Positions 19,120 to 28,042 of a stretch of DNA of 64,000 bases are shown here, piece after piece. A program made the position numbers and the translations under genes. Under the pieces are notes generated by a model. The model searched no databases. It was not told where the DNA came from and was given only the letters and a program-made list of their open reading frames with translations. Origin of the DNA: Verrucomicrobiota bacterium (GTDB taxonomy: Bacteria > Verrucomicrobiota > Verrucomicrobiia > Limisphaerales > UBA1096); NCBI GenBank assembly GCA_014382705.1, contig JACNJE010000133.1, positions 15,964 to 79,963 of the forward strand. The letters are read 5' to 3'. The first letter of the stretch is position 1; each line of letters begins with the position of its first letter.

Positions 19120-19601
19120 AAGACAAGAAAAAGATTATTGTGCTGGCCGGAATCGCTGCCGTCTTGGCCATCGCGATGCAGGTTTTCGCCAAGCCGTTCC
19201 GGGTGCGTGGAGACTGCATGGCACCAGCAATCAATGATGGGCAATGGTGCTTTGTCAACCGCGCAGCCAGTTGGAGCTTCGAACCGGTTCGTGGCGAGAT
19301 TGTGATGTTCGATCACGAAACCAAAACATGGGTATCGAGAGTTGTCGCAGTGGCAGGCGACGAGATACAAATTGATGAAGGATCGATCGCCGTGAATGGG
19401 AAAGTGTTGACGGAGAAAGGGGTTGAGAGGGATTGGACGGCTTGGCGGCAAGGTTCGTATGCCATTGACCAACCGTGCCGCGTGCCGCCGGGACACATGT
19501 TTGTATTGTCCGACAAGCTGTCGGCACAGAGCGATGACAGCCGGGTGTTCGGCCCGATCAAGATTTCCCGGGTAGTCGGCCGGCCGTTGTTTGGGAACTA
19601 G
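19116..19601 (+). CDS. Signal peptidase I (S26) homolog with substituted catalytic dyad
   Basis: Colinear with SipS/LepB boxes B, D and E. GDCMAP replaces GDSMxP (Cys34 codon TGC at 19215-19217). WVSRVVAVAGDEI replaces (Y/V)VKRIIGLPGD (Ser74 codon TCG at 19335-19337). VLSDKLSAQSDDSR replaces GDNRxxSxDSR. Confidence 0.75.
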   Translation: MKDKKKIIVLAGIAAVLAIAMQVFAKPFRVRGDCMAPAINDGQWCFVNRAASWSFEPVRGEIVMFDHETKTWVSRVVAVAGDEIQIDEGSIAVNGKVLTEKGVERDWTAWRQGSYAIDQPCRVPPGHMFVLSDKLSAQSDDSRVFGPIKISRVVGRPLFGN

Positions 19602-19614
19602 CGAAAGTCCCTCG

Positions 19615-21246
19615 ATGATGCAAAACATTGGCCAACTCGCCCTCTCACGGTTGCTCAATCCAATGGCCATTCCGATTGCAGGGGTGCTTCTTTCGGGATG
19701 CGCCACGACGCGAATGGGGGTGGATGCGCCCGATGTGCCGCAATTCGCCTTTGAGCAGCACGAGATCGTCACCGGCACGGTGGAACACCAGACTGTTTTG
19801 ACCGGCTTTTTCCTCGGCGGCACCATGGCGGAAATCGCCGTGCTGCACCTCGACGAGGACGGTAGCCGGCGCCTGCGTCTCTTCGCTTTCGGCGACAGCG
19901 GTTGGGTACCAAAACTCGACACCAAGCTGCGGCGCGGGGTGTCGTTTGTGGACGTGGCCCGCATCGGCGGTCGTGACAGGTTGATCACGCATGAGCCCGG
20001 GCGGCTGAATTGGTTCGACCCGGAATCGGGAAAAGAGCGCCCGCTGCTGGACGTCGCATTGGACTACCGGCCGCCGCGCGACGGCAACCTCCCCCGCGTT
20101 GACATCACACGGGATCTGACTGGCGACGGCTCCGACGACATCGTGGTGCCGGCTGCCAACGGCTTTTGGGTGTTTGTCCAGACGGGCGACGGCACGTTTG
20201 CCGACGGCGTGAAACTTGGCCCGCCCGAGCCGTTCCTCGACGCGATCGCCATGGACGACTCGCGCACTTACGGCGAGGTCGGCCTGAACCCGCTGACCAT
20301 CCCGTGGTACCTGAACCGCATCCGGCAGATGGACCACAACCGGGATGGCCGCATCGATCTCGTGTTCTGGAACGGGGATCACTTCGATGTCTATCACCAA
20401 AATGAACAGGGGCTGTTTGATTCGCAGGCCAAGTCGTTCACCACCGACGTGCCGTTCGACTCGGACGGAGCCTACTCGCTCGTCTTCGGGTTCACCGGCA
20501 AAAGCCCGTGGTCGCTGCTCTTGGGCCTCCGGCGGCGCACGGAACTGACCGTGCTGCAAACGATCACCGACATGAACGGCGACGGCATCGCGGACATGGT
20601 CACCCACACCCTCACAGGGCGCAGCCCCCTCAAGATGCGGAGCCGGTACAGGGTTTACTTCGGCCACGGTAGCGAGAATGAAATCCGGTTCTCGGCAAAC
20701 GCCAACACGGCGGCGTTCCCTGGCGGCAAATCCGGCGGGGCGGAGTCGGGGGGATACTCCTCCCTCTGGCTGAAGGACATGGATGGCGACGGCAAAACCG
20801 ACATCGTGCGGGGCGACATCCGGCTGAGTGTCGTCACGATGCTCCGGGTTCTGGTCGCACGGTCCCTCGTAATGAAGCTGGAGTGCTTCCGGATGGAGGG
20901 CGACGCCTTCCCGGCCAAGCCCGACGCCCGGCGCTCCGCCAAGGCCAACTTCGACATCCGCGGGGAGAACCGCGGCTTTTACCCGTCGGTTTTGCTGGGG
21001 GACATGACCGGCGACAACCGCACCGACGTCGTCGTGGGGAAAAACCGCGGCGCCCTCTATTTTTTCCCGGGCCTGCCCGCGCCGGATCTGCTGGCGGCTG
21101 AGCCGCAAATCATCGAGGTCGATGTGCCCGGCAACGAAACGCAGTCACGGCTGGCCGACCTCAACGGGGACGGCAAACAGGATCTCCTCTTGCACCACGC
21201 CTCCGCCACCAAGCCGAACCGCGTGATCCTGCTGATTTCCCGATAG
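19615..21246 (+). CDS. FG-GAP/VCBS repeat lipoprotein
   Basis: Lipobox-like LLSGC near the N-terminus. Repeated integrin-alpha-type Ca-binding loops (DLTGDGSDDIVV, NRDGRIDLVFW, DMNGDGIADMV, DMDGDGKTDIV, DLNGDGKQDLLL). The track start at 19591 is a TTG. I use the ATG at 19615, and an ATG at 19663 is also possible. Confidence 0.8.
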   Translation: MMQNIGQLALSRLLNPMAIPIAGVLLSGCATTRMGVDAPDVPQFAFEQHEIVTGTVEHQTVLTGFFLGGTMAEIAVLHLDEDGSRRLRLFAFGDSGWVPKLDTKLRRGVSFVDVARIGGRDRLITHEPGRLNWFDPESGKERPLLDVALDYRPPRDGNLPRVDITRDLTGDGSDDIVVPAANGFWVFVQTGDGTFADGVKLGPPEPFLDAIAMDDSRTYGEVGLNPLTIPWYLNRIRQMDHNRDGRIDLVFWNGDHFDVYHQNEQGLFDSQAKSFTTDVPFDSDGAYSLVFGFTGKSPWSLLLGLRRRTELTVLQTITDMNGDGIADMVTHTLTGRSPLKMRSRYRVYFGHGSENEIRFSANANTAAFPGGKSGGAESGGYSSLWLKDMDGDGKTDIVRGDIRLSVVTMLRVLVARSLVMKLECFRMEGDAFPAKPDARRSAKANFDIRGENRGFYPSVLLGDMTGDNRTDVVVGKNRGALYFFPGLPAPDLLAAEPQIIEVDVPGNETQSRLADLNGDGKQDLLLHHASATKPNRVILLISR

Positions 21247-21270
21247 GGGGAGGGCAGCGACCGAACGCCC

Positions 21271-22599
21271 TCACCCGGATTTCCGGTACTGCTGCACAGG
21301 GCAGGAGAGCCAGCCGGTCACTTGGCCAAGCCGCACGCGGGTGCGGATGTAATAATGCAACCGGCCAAGGTCCGCACCCTTGGTTTCCAGCGTGGCGGTG
21401 TAGTGGCCGTTGCGCTTGGCCAAGGGGGTGGTTTTCCACTCGGCGTTCTTGTGCGGCATGCGCTCGCGGCTGGCCGGGCCGGGCCACGGTTTCTCGCGGT
21501 AAAACGCATGGCAAAGCTCCACCGCCTCCACGCCCTTGGGCTGCTTGATGATGGCCCGGAAGCCAAGCGAGTCCTCCCCCGCCTCGACCACCGGTGGGCG
21601 CACGTCCGGCAACGGGTCACCGAAGAAGACGTGCCGCAGCCACAGGCGCATGGCCGCCACCTGCTGCGGCGCCAGCGCGGGATGCTCGCCGTTGGGATGC
21701 ACGTAAATCCGCGCGTCTCCCCGGAGTTGCTCCATCACCAGCCGCGCCTCGGTGGGATGGGCGTTGAAGTCATTCGAGCCGAGGTTGAACAGGATGGTGT
21801 CGCTGGCGATGTCGCTTGGCTTGATTTTGAACTGCTCCACCAAGTGCGGCGTGAGCGGGTCACGCACGGTGAGCTTGCGGAGCATCGCCGGCGAGGCAAA
21901 CGGGATCGATCCGGACGACACCACCGAGACAATGCGCGGGTCGTATTTCATCATCGCCCGCACCGACAAGCCGCCCTTCGAGCCGCCGGCCAAGATTACC
22001 TTGTCGAATTCTTTCCCAGACACCGCCTCCGCCGCCGTCCACGCGCGCCACTTGGCTTTCATGATGCCGGCAAACGACACCACGTTTGCGTCGCCGCTCT
22101 CGCGGAACCGATCGAACGTGGCGTCCTGCCACTCGCGCTCCGAGTTCAGGCCGGTGCGCTTGGCGAACTCCTGCTGCACCGGGTTCGGCTTGAACACCAG
22201 CACCGGCACGCCGACGCGCGCCGCCGTCTGCCGCCCGTAACCGTCGAGCAGCACACCGGGAACCTTGCGCCAGTTCACCACGTGGCTGGCGAGGAACAGT
22301 TTGCCGTTGGCCGCGTCCGGCAACTTCACCGGCATGAACAAATGTGCGTCGTGCCACCAATCCTCGTCCATGAAACGCTGGCTGAAAAACCGGAACACAA
22401 AATGCCGCAACGCCACCTCCCGGCCGTCGACATCGACGGTCTCCTCCCGGTCGGACTTGCGCTCGAGCCGCAGCCCCTCCGGCGACTGCAGCGCCTCGAG
22501 ATCCACCCGCAGCGGCGTCAGTTTTTCCGGCTTGGCCGCCGGCGCAAACTGCAGCGCGCCGGCCAGCAACGTGAGCGACGTGAGTGCGACCGCTTTCAT
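21271..22599 (-). CDS. Secreted alpha/beta-hydrolase-like protein
   Basis: Signal peptide MKAVALTSLTLLAGALQFAPA (start moved from 22680). G-x-S-x-G-like nucleophile elbow ILAGGSKGG. The family assignment is tentative. Confidence 0.5.
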   Translation of the reverse strand: MKAVALTSLTLLAGALQFAPAAKPEKLTPLRVDLEALQSPEGLRLERKSDREETVDVDGREVALRHFVFRFFSQRFMDEDWWHDAHLFMPVKLPDAANGKLFLASHVVNWRKVPGVLLDGYGRQTAARVGVPVLVFKPNPVQQEFAKRTGLNSEREWQDATFDRFRESGDANVVSFAGIMKAKWRAWTAAEAVSGKEFDKVILAGGSKGGLSVRAMMKYDPRIVSVVSSGSIPFASPAMLRKLTVRDPLTPHLVEQFKIKPSDIASDTILFNLGSNDFNAHPTEARLVMEQLRGDARIYVHPNGEHPALAPQQVAAMRLWLRHVFFGDPLPDVRPPVVEAGEDSLGFRAIIKQPKGVEAVELCHAFYREKPWPGPASRERMPHKNAEWKTTPLAKRNGHYTATLETKGADLGRLHYYIRTRVRLGQVTGWLSCPVQQYRKSG

Positions 22600-22705
22600 G
22601 ACCGCGCCAACCATGAGACAGGCGACCGCGGCAGGCAACGGCTTATCGTGCGCGAACACCCAAGTTTTGAATTGAACCATGAAGGCTCAATGATAGGCTT
22701 TTCGC

Positions 22706-23074
22706 ATGGGCACATTTCACGTCGGCTGCAAAGTGGAAAACCATGTGAACCGGAATCGCACCGTGCGCTTGGCCAAGGCGTTGGTGGACACCGGCAGCGA
22801 GTACACATGGGTGCCGAGCAAAAAACTGGAAAAGATCGGCGTGGAACGGGAGAAGAAAGACATGCGGTTTGCGATGGCCAACGGCCAAGTGATTACTCGC
22901 AGCGTGGGGTTTGCCATCCTCCGCGTGGCCAATGCCTTCACAATCGACGAGGTCGTCTTTGCCGAGCCGGGCGATCAAACCCTACTCGGCGCTCGAACCC
23001 TTGAAGGGCTGAACCTTGTGGTGGATGCGGCCAGAAAAAAACTCGTTGCTGCCGGACCGCTGCCGGCCGCTTGA
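22706..23074 (+). CDS. Retropepsin-like (clan AA) aspartic protease
   Basis: A 122-aa protein with a D-T-G-S active-site motif (ALVDTGSEYTWVP), typical of the small bacterial retroviral-like protease family. Confidence 0.7.
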   Translation: MGTFHVGCKVENHVNRNRTVRLAKALVDTGSEYTWVPSKKLEKIGVEREKKDMRFAMANGQVITRSVGFAILRVANAFTIDEVVFAEPGDQTLLGARTLEGLNLVVDAARKKLVAAGPLPAA

Positions 23075-23124
23075 CTGCATGATTGCTTTGCCGCTTGGCC
23101 AAGTTGGCTTAGCGTCGGGGCGTC

Positions 23125-24435
23125 ATGTCATCGCCCAATGCCCCGCTTGGCCAGGCGGACCGCACCGAGGGGGACGTCAACCTCTCCGGCCGCCGCCTCG
23201 CCTGGCAGCAGGCCAACGTGAACGACGCGACGCGCGAGACGCTCGCCCGCGACTCCGCCGCCTTTCTGCACCAGTCGCTCTCCACGCCGTGCCTCACTGA
23301 GTTGACCGGCTGCGACGGCATATACCTGACCGATGCCACCGGTCGCCGGTACATGGACTTTCACGGGAACAGCGTCCACCAAGTCGGCCACGCACACCCA
23401 AGGGTCATCGAGGCGGTCAAGCGGCAACTCGACGACTTGGCCTTCTGCCCGAGGCGGTTCACCAACCGGCCGGCCATCGCCCTCGCCGAGCGCCTGGCCA
23501 AGCTCGCGCCGGGCAACCTGGCCAAGGTGCTGTTCGCGCCGGGCGGCACGGCGGCCATCGGCATCGCGATGAAGCTCGCCCGCTACGCCACCGGCCGGCA
23601 CAAGACGATCTCGATGCGCGGCGCGTTTCACGGTGCGTCACTGGACGCCATCTCGATCGGTGGCGAGGCGCTGTTTCGCGACGGACTCGGGCCGCTGCTG
23701 CCCGGCTGTTTTCACGTCGCTTGGCCAAGCGCGGCGGCGGACGCCGAGGCCATCGAGAAAATCCTCGTCGAGGAGGGGGACGTCGGCGCGGTGATCGCCG
23801 AGCCGATGCGCTGCACCACGATCGACCGGCCGCCGGATGCGTATTGGCGGCGCGTGCGCGAACTGTGCGACCGGCACGGTGCGTTGCTGGTGTTCGACGA
23901 AATCCCGCTCGCGCTGGGCCGTACCGGCCGGATGTTTTGCTGCGAGCACAGCGGCGTGACGCCGGACATCCTCGTGCTCGGCAAGGGCCTCGGCGGCGGC
24001 GTGATGCCGATGGCCGCGACGATTGCCCGCGCCGATCTCGACATCGCGCCGCACCGCGCGCTGGGTCATTACACGCACGAGAAAAGCCCGCTCGGCGCAG
24101 CAGCCGCGCTGGCCACGCTCGACGTGATCGAGTCGGAAAACCTGCTCGAGCGCTCCCGCGAACTGGGTGCCAAAACCGTCTCGCGGCTGCGAGAGTTGCA
24201 GCAGCGCCACAACGCCGTCACCGACGTGCGCGGACTCGGCCTCGCGATGGGCGTGGAGTTGAGCAGCCCCAACGCCGCCGAGCGCGTGCTGTACGACAGC
24301 CTCGCCAACGGCCTGAGTTTCAAGGTCTCCGGCGGCACCACCCTCACCCTCACCCCGCCCCTAACCATCACCGACGAACAAATGGCCGACGCCCTCGCCA
24401 TCCTCGACACCGCGCTTTCGAAAGTGAAGTTGTAA
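23125..24435 (+). CDS. Class III PLP-dependent aminotransferase family protein
   Basis: Length and motifs of the aminotransferase class III fold: GGTAAIGIAMKLAR, VFDEI, and the PLP-lysine region LVLGKGLGGGVMP. Confidence 0.85.
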   Translation: MSSPNAPLGQADRTEGDVNLSGRRLAWQQANVNDATRETLARDSAAFLHQSLSTPCLTELTGCDGIYLTDATGRRYMDFHGNSVHQVGHAHPRVIEAVKRQLDDLAFCPRRFTNRPAIALAERLAKLAPGNLAKVLFAPGGTAAIGIAMKLARYATGRHKTISMRGAFHGASLDAISIGGEALFRDGLGPLLPGCFHVAWPSAAADAEAIEKILVEEGDVGAVIAEPMRCTTIDRPPDAYWRRVRELCDRHGALLVFDEIPLALGRTGRMFCCEHSGVTPDILVLGKGLGGGVMPMAATIARADLDIAPHRALGHYTHEKSPLGAAAALATLDVIESENLLERSRELGAKTVSRLRELQQRHNAVTDVRGLGLAMGVELSSPNAAERVLYDSLANGLSFKVSGGTTLTLTPPLTITDEQMADALAILDTALSKVKL

Positions 24436-24508
24436 CGTCTTGCCGATGAAATTGAGCCATGCCACGGTTCGGGCGCAGTTGTTATAGCCACCCAAAGGGG
24501 GTTCTGAA

Positions 24509-24712
24509 ATGATTCACGCCGTTGAAGATATTGAAAAGGCAATCGAGCAATTGCCCGAAAACAAATTGCAGCAGTTTCGCGCCTGGTACGAAAAGTTTGA
24601 TATGGAACCGTGGGACAAGCAAATTGAAGAGGATGCCAACTCAGGAAAACTGGACGCGATCACTCAAGCTGCCCTCGCTGACCACAAAGCAGGAAAATCG
24701 AGTGAGTTATGA
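24509..24712 (+). CDS. Type II antitoxin (partner of a RelE/ParE-superfamily toxin)
   Basis: A 67-aa acidic protein (..LPENKLQQFRAWYEKFDMEPWDKQIEEDANSGKLDAITQAALADHKAGKSSEL). Its stop overlaps the downstream toxin-like start (ATGA at 24709-24712). Low-GC locus. Confidence 0.65.
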   Translation: MIHAVEDIEKAIEQLPENKLQQFRAWYEKFDMEPWDKQIEEDANSGKLDAITQAALADHKAGKSSEL

Positions 24713-24966
24713 CTCACTTTGCCAGTCCATCGTTTTGGTCTGCATATCATTCCCTCCCTGTCCCAGTTCAAAAAGTCGCTGACAAAAACTTCGAACTACT
24801 CAAGAAAAGTCCGAGCCACCCTTCTCTGAATTTCAAAAAAATCCGGCGTTAATGGGCCGTCCGCGTTGGCATCCATTACAGAGCGCTCGCCGTGGAAGTG
24901 GAAGGCGGTCTGCTTTGGTTTTGGATTGGAAGCCACACCGAGTACGACAAACTGATCAAGCCGTAA
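24709..24966 (+). pseudogene. RelE/ParE-superfamily toxin interrupted by an in-frame TAA
   Basis: My own translation gives MTHFASPSFWSAYHSLPVPVQKVADKNFELLKKSPSHPSLNFKKIRR*WAVRVGIHYRALAVEVEGGLLWFWIGSHTEYDKLIKP*. The pattern HPSL.FKK....W.VRVG..YRAL....G..WFWIGSH.EYD is toxin-like. The internal stop is at 24850-24852. It is absent from the ORF track because both halves are short. Confidence 0.65.
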
Positions 24967-24990
24967 ATCCAGCCGCCCGTCCTATCGACA

Positions 24991-26433
24991 TCAGCGGGTG
25001 TGCTTCCGGGTGGTTTGCATGAGTCGCTGCATTCGCTTGATGGTTTTTTGGGATGAGGGGTGCTTGGCCAGGTTGGTGTATTCGTCCGGGTCGGTCTGGT
25101 AGTCGTAAAGCTCGATGCCGTGTTTGCCATCGCCCCACTCGGTGTAGCGGTAGCGCTGGGTGCGAATGGTGTGGCCAAGCGGCTTGCGGCCCCTGTGGCC
25201 GGGGATGTTGCCCCGCGAGTTGGACACGGTGAAGGCAGCTTGGCGCACTGCGGCCCCGGGATCGTTCAGCACCGGCTCGAGGCTTTGGCCCTTGAGGTGG
25301 CCCGGCTTGGCCAAGCCGCAGAGGCCGGCCAGCGTGGGGTAAAGGTCGGTCAATTCCGCGAGCGAGCCGCTGGCCTGCCCGGCGTTTTTCATGCCGGGAA
25401 CGGAGAGGATGAGTGGCACGCGGGCGCTGCCCTCGAACAGGTCGCTCTTCTGCCACAGGCCGTGTTGGCCAAGGTGGTAGCCGTGGTCGGAGAAGAAAAC
25501 GACGATCGTGTTGTCGGCGAGCTTGAGCCGGTCGAGCGCGTCGAGCAGTTTGCCGACGCAGGCGTCCATCAGCGTGATCGAGGCGTAGTAGGCCTGGATG
25601 ATTTCCCGGCGCTTGGCCAAGCTCAACTCGCGCTGGTGCGCCCGGTCGGCGAGGGCGGCGGGCGGGATGTCGTCGCGGTCGCCGGGCTGCTCCAGCACGG
25701 GATCGATCTTGTCGAGCGGGTAGAGCTTGGCGTAATGCGCCGGGGCGACGTACGGGGTGTGCGGCCGGAAGAAGCCCATCGCGAGAAAGAACGGCTTGCC
25801 GGTTTTGTCGGGGTGGTTTTGCTCGATCAACCGGATTGCCTCGAGCGCGCCTTTGCCGTCGGTGTGGTCCTCGTCGCGGCTCTCGACGATGCGCCAGCTC
25901 AGCGTGCCGCCGTACTTCCCCTTTTGCAGCGTGGCGACCGGCTCGAGTTCGGTGCGGTCGATGCCGATCGGGTTGGCGACGGTGTTCCACGAGGCCGGGT
26001 CGTCCTTGCCGTCGGTGCCGATCTGCAGCGGCACGCCGTAATGGTAAATCTTGCCGACACGCGCGGCGAAGTAGCCGTTGTTCATGAAGTGCTGCGACAG
26101 GGTGGTGATGTCCGGGTGGCGCTTGCGGAAGTCGCCGGCGTTGGAGAGCACGCCGGTTTGCTCCGGGTAAAGGCCGGTCATGAGCGAGGCGCGGCTCGGG
26201 TTGCAGACGGGGTATTGGCAGTAGGCGCGATCGAAGCGCATGCCGCGCCGGGCCAAGCGGTCGATGTTCGGCGACTGGACGAGCGGGTGGCCGTAGCAGC
26301 CGAGGTCGTTGTTGAGGTCGTCCACGGCGATGAACAGCACGTTTGGCTTGGCCTTGGCCGCCGGTTCCGGCTTGGCCAGGCAGAAAAATGCGAGCGCGGC
26401 GGCGAGGGAAAAAACAGTTTTGCGGAACAGCAT
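24991..26433 (-). CDS. Sulfatase (iduronate-2-sulfatase-like, formylglycine-dependent)
   Basis: Signal peptide MLFRKTVFSLAAALAFFCLA, FIAVDDLN, and formylglycine motif PVCNPSRASLMTG. The upstream 200 aa of the 688-aa track ORF are antisense to the desaturase gene and were discarded. Confidence 0.9.
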   Translation of the reverse strand: MLFRKTVFSLAAALAFFCLAKPEPAAKAKPNVLFIAVDDLNNDLGCYGHPLVQSPNIDRLARRGMRFDRAYCQYPVCNPSRASLMTGLYPEQTGVLSNAGDFRKRHPDITTLSQHFMNNGYFAARVGKIYHYGVPLQIGTDGKDDPASWNTVANPIGIDRTELEPVATLQKGKYGGTLSWRIVESRDEDHTDGKGALEAIRLIEQNHPDKTGKPFFLAMGFFRPHTPYVAPAHYAKLYPLDKIDPVLEQPGDRDDIPPAALADRAHQRELSLAKRREIIQAYYASITLMDACVGKLLDALDRLKLADNTIVVFFSDHGYHLGQHGLWQKSDLFEGSARVPLILSVPGMKNAGQASGSLAELTDLYPTLAGLCGLAKPGHLKGQSLEPVLNDPGAAVRQAAFTVSNSRGNIPGHRGRKPLGHTIRTQRYRYTEWGDGKHGIELYDYQTDPDEYTNLAKHPSSQKTIKRMQRLMQTTRKHTR

Positions 26434-26586
26434 CCGAAAAAAGTAGCGAAAACAGGCCAAGTGGGAAGGTTTTTTGGCGTAATTTGAGGCATGAATTCGT
26501 GCAAAAAAAGTGTTTACACCCCCCGGATGCAGATGCACCGTCTCCGCGTCCGAGGCTGGGTCGACCCGACGATCCACCCCAATACC

Positions 26587-27750
26587 ATGAACATACAATA
26601 TCGTTTGCAGGATTTGCGCTGGCCAAGCGCGATCTTCCTCATCGGCACCGTGTTGACCACCCTCATCGGCCTGCCGGTTTTCCTTTACCACTTTGGCGGC
26701 CAGATCAACTGGTGGCTGCACGGCGCGCTTTTCACCGGGATGTTCATCGCCTCCGGCCTGAGCATCACGCTGGGGTATCACCGGCTGTTCTCCCATTTGT
26801 CGTTCAAGGCGAAGTGGCCGGTGCGGCTGTTCACGCTCATCTTCGGGGCCACCGCGATGGAAAACTCCGCGCTCGAGTGGTGCTCGGATCATCGCCGCCA
26901 CCACAAGCACACCGACGACGATGACGACCCGTACAACATCCAGAAGGGGTTCTTCCACGCGCACATGGGCTGGGTCATATTCCGCCCGATCGGCGGCGAC
27001 GTGCCACTGACCAATGTCAACGACCTGAAGGCCGACCCGCTGCTTCGCTGGCAACACAAATGGTGGGGGATGATCGGGATCGGGGTCGGTTTCGGCCTTC
27101 CCGCGCTTATCGGCTGGCTAGCCGAAGGCGGTGTCGGCGCGGCGGCCGGGTTGCTCATCGGTGGCGTGGCCCGGCAGGTGATGGTTCATCACATGACTTT
27201 TTTCATCAACAGCCTCTGCCACACTCTGGGCGGCCAGCCGTACTCGAACCGCTGCTCGGCCAAGGACAGCTGGTTCATGGCGCTCTTCACCTTCGGCGAG
27301 GGGTATCACAATTTTCACCACGAGTTTCAGCACGACTACCGCAACGGCGTGAAGCCGTGGCAGTTCGACCCCACCAAGTGGAGCATCCGCGTGCTCGAGA
27401 AACTCAGGCTCGTCTCGGGTCTCCGCCGTGTCCCGAATGAGACCATCGCCGTGGCGGAGATTCACGAGAAACAGCGGCGGCTCGACGAGCGGCTTTCCGT
27501 CCACAAAGAGACCATTTGCGAGAAGGCCCAGCGCCTCTTCGCCGAGGCCCAGGAGGAACTCGCTGCGGCGCACGAGACCTGGGAACAATCCAAGAAGGAA
27601 TACACCCGTGCGCTGCGCCAACAGCTCGACACCACCAAGGAACAACTGGGCGAGTTGAAACAGCAGATGGAACAGTCCGTGCTGGAGTTGCGCCAAGCGA
27701 TCCGCGACTGGCACGACGCCCACCAGGGGCTCGTACTCCAGCTCGCCTGA
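26587..27750 (+). CDS. Acyl-CoA/acyl-lipid delta-9-type fatty acid desaturase with C-terminal coiled-coil extension
   Basis: Three histidine boxes (HRLFSH, HRRHHKHTD, HNFHHEFQHDY) and N-terminal TM helices. The probable start is MNIQYRLQDL at 26587; the track start at 26491 is also possible. Confidence 0.85.
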   Translation: MNIQYRLQDLRWPSAIFLIGTVLTTLIGLPVFLYHFGGQINWWLHGALFTGMFIASGLSITLGYHRLFSHLSFKAKWPVRLFTLIFGATAMENSALEWCSDHRRHHKHTDDDDDPYNIQKGFFHAHMGWVIFRPIGGDVPLTNVNDLKADPLLRWQHKWWGMIGIGVGFGLPALIGWLAEGGVGAAAGLLIGGVARQVMVHHMTFFINSLCHTLGGQPYSNRCSAKDSWFMALFTFGEGYHNFHHEFQHDYRNGVKPWQFDPTKWSIRVLEKLRLVSGLRRVPNETIAVAEIHEKQRRLDERLSVHKETICEKAQRLFAEAQEELAAAHETWEQSKKEYTRALRQQLDTTKEQLGELKQQMEQSVLELRQAIRDWHDAHQGLVLQLA

Positions 27751-27781
27751 GCCAAGCGCTTGGCCAAGCCCACTTTGCAGG

Positions 27782-27809
27782 ACGGCGCCTCACGCGCCGT
27801 TTTGTTTTT
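27782..27809 (+). terminator. Rho-independent terminator of the desaturase gene
   Basis: Stem ACGGCGC/GCGCCGT with a 5-nt loop, followed by TTTTGTTTTT. It lies 32 nt after the stop. Confidence 0.65.
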
Positions 27810-27929
27810 CACGCCCCCGTCTGGCCATCGACTCAGTCGATACATCCATTGATTTTATCGATGACCCGGTTTTGGCGAACCTGCATTAAATTAACGCCTG
27901 CCAGCCGTGGCTGGCTCATTGCTCAACAG

Positions 27930-27966
27930 CCCCGTCCGCGAGAAATCGTGGGCGGGGTCACTTTTT
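27930..27966 (+). terminator. Second terminator-like hairpin in the desaturase-MBL spacer
   Basis: 12-bp stem CCCCGTCCGCGA/TCGTGGGCGGGG (two G-U pairs) with a GAAA loop, then TCACTTTTT. No annotated gene ends here. Confidence 0.4.
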
Positions 27967-28042
27967 AATCCAATCGCACCCGGCCAAGCGCAACAACGGG
28001 TTTGCCTCCCCCCTGCCCTTCCGTCACCATCCGGCCACGACA

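Noticed and set aside
26434-27057. N-terminal 200 aa of the 688-aa track ORF 24991..27057, as a possible sulfatase extension.
   Set aside because: This part is antisense to the desaturase gene, whose histidine boxes are unambiguous. The sulfatase has its own signal peptide starting at the ATG at 26433.
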